From a virus: DNA of 64,000 nt. The stretch covers positions 32,001-96,000 of IMG/VR virus record IMGVR_UViG_3300031857_000018; one strand, written 5' to 3'. The notes below the pieces were generated by a model. The model made no database searches and was not told the origin of the DNA. It saw only the letters and a list, made by a program, of their open reading frames with translations. Position 1 is the first letter of the stretch, and the number at the start of each line of letters is the position of its first letter. This document shows positions 58,702 through 64,000 of the stretch, piece by piece. The translations under genes were made by a program, and so were the position numbers.

Positions 58702-59091
58702 TTATAAATATAAACCAAGTTCATATGCTCGGAGCGCAGCTGAGCTAGCATCCACTAAAGTTTCAGAAAGTTTTCGGAGTTCATGACGGCGCAATGTGAA
58801 TGTTTGTGATTTTACTCGAACATCAAACATATCAGTCTTTGTACCACCAACATAGGCTTCATTCATTAATATATTCATTGACTTTGAATAATTAATTAAA
58901 TCTTTGTATGTCATTTTAATACGTTGATTGTAAATGCAAAGTTCTCCAATCAGCGTGTTCATTGGATCCGTTTTAAATACTTCTTCGGAAATCTTTTCGG
59001 CAACTTCAAAATCTAAATTTGCCCATACTTCACCATAACGTTCGCGATATTTATCTGAAATACCACATGGGTTGTTAATACTGTGTGTCAT
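58702..59091 (-). CDS. hypothetical protein
   Basis: 129-aa ORF. Confidence 0.65.
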   Translation of the reverse strand: MTHSINNPCGISDKYRERYGEVWANLDFEVAEKISEEVFKTDPMNTLIGELCIYNQRIKMTYKDLINYSKSMNILMNEAYVGGTKTDMFDVRVKSQTFTLRRHELRKLSETLVDASSAALRAYELGLYL

Positions 59092-59093
59092 TG

Positions 59094-59762
59094 TTATTGA
59101 ATTTTATAAATTGTTACTGTGTATACGTCATTGGAATAATTATGCCGAACATTGACATAACGATACTTTTCTATCAGCATATCCATAACCAGGCCTGGGT
59201 GCACATAGAAGAACCCTTCGTGGATGGTATTGTTAATTGGTGATAATAAGTTAAATGAAACTGCTTGATTTGCTAATGAGTACATTTTATCAATATCAAC
59301 AAACATCTTTAAAAGATCCGCATCTTCAGTTTCACATTTGCGCTGAGTAAAAAATCCTCCTGCAACAACCCAATCATGGTTATTTAATTGAGCTGTTTCA
59401 AATGCACCTGTTTGTGTTTCTAAACCGTATTTTTGATTTGCTAAATCAGACATTATTGGATTATGGTCAATTCCGGTGTAGCCATATACCTGATCAGGAT
59501 ACAATTCACGGATAAAACCATATAAATCTCCACGACCGCAACCTATATCTAATATTGTATGACTGCTAGCATCTAATCCAACAATTAAATTCTGAAACAT
59601 GAATTGTTGTTCCGATGTAGTATTATAACCAACTACTTGTGGGCTATTTAACATATAATCTGGATCGGTGCCTGGTTTTAATGAATCTCGGCGTGTATGT
59701 TCCGGATCGTTGCCATAAATTAGGCTTTGAATCTTTGTTTGTAGCTGTTTAAACGTACTCAT
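59094..59762 (-). CDS. class I SAM-dependent methyltransferase
   Basis: ILDIGCGRG, YTGID, DWVVAGG. Confidence 0.85.
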   Translation of the reverse strand: MSTFKQLQTKIQSLIYGNDPEHTRRDSLKPGTDPDYMLNSPQVVGYNTTSEQQFMFQNLIVGLDASSHTILDIGCGRGDLYGFIRELYPDQVYGYTGIDHNPIMSDLANQKYGLETQTGAFETAQLNNHDWVVAGGFFTQRKCETEDADLLKMFVDIDKMYSLANQAVSFNLLSPINNTIHEGFFYVHPGLVMDMLIEKYRYVNVRHNYSNDVYTVTIYKIQ

Positions 59763-59826
59763 TTGATAGTTGAAATAAAGATATTATACATGATATTTAA
59801 CCGCATTACATGTTCGTATATAGCAC

Positions 59827-60102
59827 TTATGCTCGTACAATTGGTAATTGATTAGCTTCGAATAGCTCAGCATAGTTCATTGTGGGCACAACGGTACCGG
59901 TATCACAAAGCTTTTCGGTTAATTCTTTATTGATGTATGTTTGTTTGCTACGCGTTACATTAACCATTGTCATTGCTGAACGATTTTCAAACAAAATATC
60001 ATACATTGTTACTTTGTTAACTACGAATCGATCCAGAATAATAGCTACGCGATTTACGCCTTCCTGTGTTACAATTACAGGTTGTCCTACTTTATATGAC
60101 AT
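59827..60102 (-). CDS. hypothetical protein (SH3-like)
   Basis: YKVGQ.V; YDI.FE. Confidence 0.6.
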   Translation of the reverse strand: MSYKVGQPVIVTQEGVNRVAIILDRFVVNKVTMYDILFENRSAMTMVNVTRSKQTYINKELTEKLCDTGTVVPTMNYAELFEANQLPIVRA

Positions 60103-60311
60103 TAGTCTAGGATTTTGATGATTTTACTTGCATTTACCGCTTTAACTTCAAAGTCAAAATTATAACCCTGAAAATCTTTTACTACTTTAGCTTCTGCTTC
60201 AGTAACGGATAATGCTTCTACAAGATAAGTTTCAGTAACTTTCTTTTCTTTTGTACCTTTTGGAGTATCGAACTCCTGTGTAAGTTGCACTTTTGCTGTG
60301 TAATAACTCAT
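60102..60311 (-). CDS. DUF4494-like protein
   Basis: KKVTE.YLV.A.S.TEAEA motif, recalled as typical of Bacteroidota DUF4494. Confidence 0.7.
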   Translation of the reverse strand: MSYYTAKVQLTQEFDTPKGTKEKKVTETYLVEALSVTEAEAKVVKDFQGYNFDFEVKAVNASKIIKILD

Positions 60312-60372
60312 TTGTTTTAATTTTAATAAATGTATAACTTTATAATATAATATGAAAAAATATTCATAAAAC

Positions 60373-61164
60373 CTAAAGTTTTTCCATATACTTTTGTAAA
60401 CGTTTTTGTGACTTATGGTATTGAATAGATTGCTGAATTTGCTTTGGAGTTAAATTCATGTTTAATTGTAATACATCTAATATATCTGCAATTAAACGTT
60501 CTTTAGCATAAGTCGTTTTTGCTCGTTTATTTATTATTTTGATAACATTTTCTAGATGTTTAACAAATTCACGTGGTAGATTTTTTATAACACGTGTTTT
60601 GTCTGCCGGTAGTGTTACGTCGGTTTTTGGTTTTTTAGACTCTAGCATCAATTGTTTAGTAATTTTTGCAGATTCACGTAAAATATCACCATATTTAACA
60701 ACCCAAGCAACTTCTGGTGCAGGCGGAGGTGTTGATTCAGCTGCCCCAGCACCGCCACCGGCTGACCCTTTTTCAATTTTTTCTTTATCAGCATCGCCTA
60801 ATCCAGCAACATCCTCTAAGCCCAATTGCAATTCGATGGTATAATCATCATTTTTTCCAAACCCAGTGTATGGTACTAATTTGATGATTTTACTTTTTAA
60901 CAGGCTTAATAGGATTCCAGGCGTGATATTTAAATCTTTACCAGCTCGACCGATGAATTCGCGAATTCCAATGTCTGAAATTGAATAAATAATACCTAAA
61001 TGCGTTGTACCATATGCATCAAATTTTCCTAAAAACTTTTCTTCTGCTGGAGTAAATGGTGAATCCTTAGCATCTGACGGTGCATTGTCAGTTTCTTGCT
61101 CAGGTGCCTCCACGATCATGGATTTTAGTGTAGATTCGACTATATAGTTAAAGCGCTTTGTCAT
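60373..61164 (-). CDS. hypothetical protein (probable head-internal)
   Basis: Several I/L-x-E motifs; Gly/Pro linker. Confidence 0.65.
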   Translation of the reverse strand: MTKRFNYIVESTLKSMIVEAPEQETDNAPSDAKDSPFTPAEEKFLGKFDAYGTTHLGIIYSISDIGIREFIGRAGKDLNITPGILLSLLKSKIIKLVPYTGFGKNDDYTIELQLGLEDVAGLGDADKEKIEKGSAGGGAGAAESTPPPAPEVAWVVKYGDILRESAKITKQLMLESKKPKTDVTLPADKTRVIKNLPREFVKHLENVIKIINKRAKTTYAKERLIADILDVLQLNMNLTPKQIQQSIQYHKSQKRLQKYMEKL

Positions 61165-61166
61165 TA

Positions 61167-61352
61167 TTAAAGTTCTTTTGTTTCTGCTAATTGTGTAGAA
61201 CGATACTTCGTTGCTAATTTTTTCAATTCGTTGATCGATTTTCTTGCAATCGATGCAGCTTTTTTAATTTTTTTTGCTTGGAAACGGTCATGATTTTCTT
61301 TGAATGTTAACCAATGTGCTTCCATTTCGTCGTAGATTTCTTGTGATGTCAT
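61167..61352 (-). CDS. histone H1-like small basic protein
   Basis: K.A...ARK...EL.KL...YR pattern of Bacteroidota Hc1-like proteins. Confidence 0.55.
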   Translation of the reverse strand: MTSQEIYDEMEAHWLTFKENHDRFQAKKIKKAASIARKSINELKKLATKYRSTQLAETKEL

Positions 61353-61381
61353 ATTAACCTTTTTATTTATATATAAATATG

Positions 61382-61576
61382 TTATTGCACAAAACGGTCC
61401 ATAAAAATATGGATGTTTTCGCCATGTAACTGCAATGTAGTGTATTCTGTAAGTTCAATATAAATGATTTTGTTGTTTTCATATACACGAATAATATGTG
61501 CAGTATTTATAAACTGTAATTCATCATTTCCAGATGTAGTACGAACTTTTACAGGTATAAATACAGCCGGCTTCAT
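61382..61576 (-). CDS. small hypothetical protein
   Basis: FIN..HI..V.E pattern. Confidence 0.6.
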   Translation of the reverse strand: MKPAVFIPVKVRTTSGNDELQFINTAHIIRVYENNKIIYIELTEYTTLQLHGENIHIFMDRFVQ

Positions 61577-62139
61577 TAATCACCGGTATATTTAGCGCCC
61601 ATATACCCAGTCGATGGACGACCACCTGGCATATCATATGGATTATTCTTACTTGTGCCTGATGCAGGACGAACCGGTTGTGGAGATTTTGCAGCTCGCA
61701 ATTTATGAATCGCTAATAACAGCTTTGTAGATTGATCAACAGTTAAAGAAAGTAGATCTTTACGACCAACTGACTTAATAAATGCATCAACTAATTTAGT
61801 TACGTCTGGATCACTTTTCTTGAAAGAATCGATAGCCCGTAAATTAGATGTTCCAAAATTTATAGAATATTTAGCCAATTGATAATCAGACAAATTTATT
61901 CCATTTGTTATATCGTCAGGAATTTGATCCCATGACTGATCTGCATATTGATCTGCTAAATCTGGTCCATCATCATCTCTAGTTGCTAAGATTGCGTTAT
62001 AACGCTCATCTTCAGACATAGCATCCCAAATTTCCGTTTCAGAATACTTATATCCTTCTGCTAGTATTTTTTTTACTCGTTGTACTTCCTCGCGAAGGAT
62101 TTGTACGTGGCTTGGATTTTTAAAGTCAAATATTTTCAT
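61576..62139 (-). CDS. hypothetical protein
   Basis: ILREE...ILAEG leader-like N-terminus. Confidence 0.65.
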   Translation of the reverse strand: MKIFDFKNPSHVQILREEVQRVKKILAEGYKYSETEIWDAMSEDERYNAILATRDDDGPDLADQYADQSWDQIPDDITNGINLSDYQLAKYSINFGTSNLRAIDSFKKSDPDVTKLVDAFIKSVGRKDLLSLTVDQSTKLLLAIHKLRAAKSPQPVRPASGTSKNNPYDMPGGRPSTGYMGAKYTGD

Positions 62140-62141
62140 GA

Positions 62142-62516
62142 TTACTTAAGGTTTTCTAGTTTGTAGATTGTGGAATAGATTAGATCTTTGACGTTGTCTA
62201 ATTGATTTAGTATGAATGTATCTTTTGCATCAAGCTTGTCATACGAACGTTCTATATACATAGCCAATGCTTTAAAATATTTTAATACAGTATCTGAATC
62301 ATATGAATCAAATTTATCTGCAGGAACATATCCGCTAAGTATTCCATGTTTACCTTGATATGATTCTACCAAAGTGTCAACAAGATCTGGAATGGCATCA
62401 TAATATGCATTCAGTGCCAAATGCGCGGCAAATGACCCTTCACCAGTTGTTTGCCAATGAAATATATGAGCTTGATCTCTCGAAGCCATTAGCGTGGATA
62501 TTAATTTTTCAAACAT
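62142..62516 (-). CDS. ferritin/Dps-like protein (DUF5856-type)
   Basis: Q.H..HWQT...SFA.H.AL..YY......D..VE.YQG. Confidence 0.75.
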   Translation of the reverse strand: MFEKLISTLMASRDQAHIFHWQTTGEGSFAAHLALNAYYDAIPDLVDTLVESYQGKHGILSGYVPADKFDSYDSDTVLKYFKALAMYIERSYDKLDAKDTFILNQLDNVKDLIYSTIYKLENLK

Positions 62517-62544
62517 TTGTTCCTTTTTTTATATAAATATATTA

Positions 62545-63999
62545 TTATAATTTTTTAACGCCAACGTGTATATGGTTATCATGATCTCCTTCTGGAGTAC
62601 GCCAACCAAATTGATATCGATATCCGTCTTTATTAACATTAAACCATTTCCCACCTTTGTATTCCGGATGACCAAACCAATTCATGATGTGTGCTAGTAG
62701 TTCATCACCTTTAGCTAAATTTTCTGGGGTTGGTTTACCGGTAAACAAATCTACTGCGTATTTATTTAAACTACCAACCCAATGGTCTGATGTGGCACCA
62801 GAGCTAGTTTTAACTGTGGTTCGCTTTTGGGATGTAACAATGTTTTTACCAACAAATTTATTTGCAACATTTGCAACTTCTAAAGCTTTTTGCATTGAGC
62901 CGGCCCAATCACCGTCAATGCCACCTGGGGTAACTTTACCGGAATCAACAGCACCTTGTGGTAATCCAAATGTAGATGCAGCGACGGTAGCTAGCGTACC
63001 AGTGCCTAATATCCCAGACATCACATTGGTTAAATTGGTCCAATCAGTCTCAGCATCTTTTTCATCTTTTGCATCTGCTGGCGCTGTTGTATCAAAAAAT
63101 TCCCTTGCATATTTTTTACGCTTATCGTATGTTGCTTGATTTGCTTTTGGACGTTCAAATTTCTTACAAAACATATCCGCAGCTTCTTCTGGATCTTCTG
63201 TGGTTTTCAATGTTTTATACAAAGAGTTATATGTTGGTTTTGATAATTCCCACAACAAGAAATCTAATTGGCCTTCAATTGAATATGGATCTTTACCATT
63301 TTGCTTAGAATACTGAATTAATCCATTTTTACCGGTCCAACGATCATTATGCCATTGAGCTAATCCAATCGATGTTCCATGGTCACCTTTAATCGTAGTA
63401 CTAAACGTCCCAGCTGATTCAACATATAAATTTGCAGTAACGCCTGCTGCGCCTGCATCGGATAATCCTTTTGATTTCAGATAATCTATAATCGTTTTTG
63501 CAGTGCCTCTTTGTTCGGTACCAACTGTAACTTTTGTATTGTCGACAGCTACTATCGGGGCAACTACAGGTGCAACTTTTAGTGCTTCAATTTTATCATC
63601 AACTTTACCTGCTCGAATTTCATCTTTAGTAGCAACAATACCACGTTTATTTAGTTTTTGCTGTATGTCATCAATATCATATTTTTTACCAGCAACAGTT
63701 ACTGTCTCAGCAGCCGAGTCTTCCGAATCAGTGGATCTGCTAGGTATAGTATCAGATAGTACGGAAATCGCAGCTTTAAAGAGTTTGGAGTTTGCTTCCT
63801 GATTTAAATCGTTTCCAGATTTTGAAAAATATTCTCGTTTATCAGTTAAAAAATTAATATCAATAATATCATCCGCATCAGCATTAGTTGTTAACCAATT
63901 ATTAATCGTGTTAATCTTTTTTTCAAATTTTTCGTCTACCTGATCTTTTTTATTGTCAATATAATCAAAACTAGGTATAGTGCATAAAATACATTTAAC
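62545..63999 (-). CDS. partial: phage tail lysozyme domain + C-terminal M15/LAS-type peptidase domain
   Basis: Frame open to window end. Manual translation gives GAAGVTANLYVES...GDHGTSIGLAQWHNDR...QLDFLLWEL...FERP, then SDH...AVDL...HDNHIHVG. Confidence 0.8.
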   Translation of the reverse strand, partial: VKCILCTIPSFDYIDNKKDQVDEKFEKKINTINNWLTTNADADDIIDINFLTDKREYFSKSGNDLNQEANSKLFKAAISVLSDTIPSRSTDSEDSAAETVTVAGKKYDIDDIQQKLNKRGIVATKDEIRAGKVDDKIEALKVAPVVAPIVAVDNTKVTVGTEQRGTAKTIIDYLKSKGLSDAGAAGVTANLYVESAGTFSTTIKGDHGTSIGLAQWHNDRWTGKNGLIQYSKQNGKDPYSIEGQLDFLLWELSKPTYNSLYKTLKTTEDPEEAADMFCKKFERPKANQATYDKRKKYAREFFDTTAPADAKDEKDAETDWTNLTNVMSGILGTGTLATVAASTFGLPQGAVDSGKVTPGGIDGDWAGSMQKALEVANVANKFVGKNIVTSQKRTTVKTSSGATSDHWVGSLNKYAVDLFTGKPTPENLAKGDELLAHIMNWFGHPEYKGGKWFNVNKDGYRYQFGWRTPEGDHDNHIHVGVKKL

Positions 64000-64000
64000 G

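Noticed and set aside
979-63802. Numerous short plus-strand and alternate-frame ORFs overlapping the main genes
   Set aside because: They are shadows of long minus-strand genes, mostly with non-ATG starts, no promoter or RBS motif and no recognisable domains.
1-64000. Stop-codon reassignment
   Set aside because: Core genes are full length in the standard code, and TAA, TGA and TAG all terminate genes.
1-64000. tRNA, rRNA, integrase or transposase, tail sheath and tube genes
   Set aside because: None recognised by eye; intergenic gaps are short. Sheath and tube genes presumably lie outside the window.

Overview
A 64-kb segment of a large, AT-rich, T4-like (myovirus-type) tailed phage genome. 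The host is probably in Bacteroidota, based on a phage bS21, DUF4494-like and histone-H1-like genes, and Gln at +1 after three predicted signal peptides. Almost all genes lie on the minus strand. In window order they are: fibre and LamG adhesin genes, tail-completion and neck genes, phoH, major capsid protein, scaffold, bS21, prohead protease, portal, large terminase, a putative spanin pair, a multi-enzyme polyprotein, a fused Mre11-Rad50, primase, an endonuclease I-type resolvase, a small kinase, baseplate genes, a gp55-like sigma factor, an HD hydrolase, UvsE, small accessory genes and a partial lysozyme/peptidase. Two recurrent upstream motifs are visible: ATATTTAT(A/T) in about 19 copies and (T/A)T(A/T)GG-N17-C(T/A)TAT(A/T)(T/A)T in 6 copies. 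The most unusual element is at 53.2-57.5 kb, which holds the only credible plus-strand genes. It consists of two tandem cassettes with near-identical regulatory ends and divergent interiors. Each pairs a leader-tagged, OmpA-like (putatively virion-packaged) protein convergently with a secreted CAP-domain protein across a bidirectional terminator, suggesting a cognate effector/partner system such as superinfection exclusion. All protein family calls come from motif recognition by eye, not database searches.
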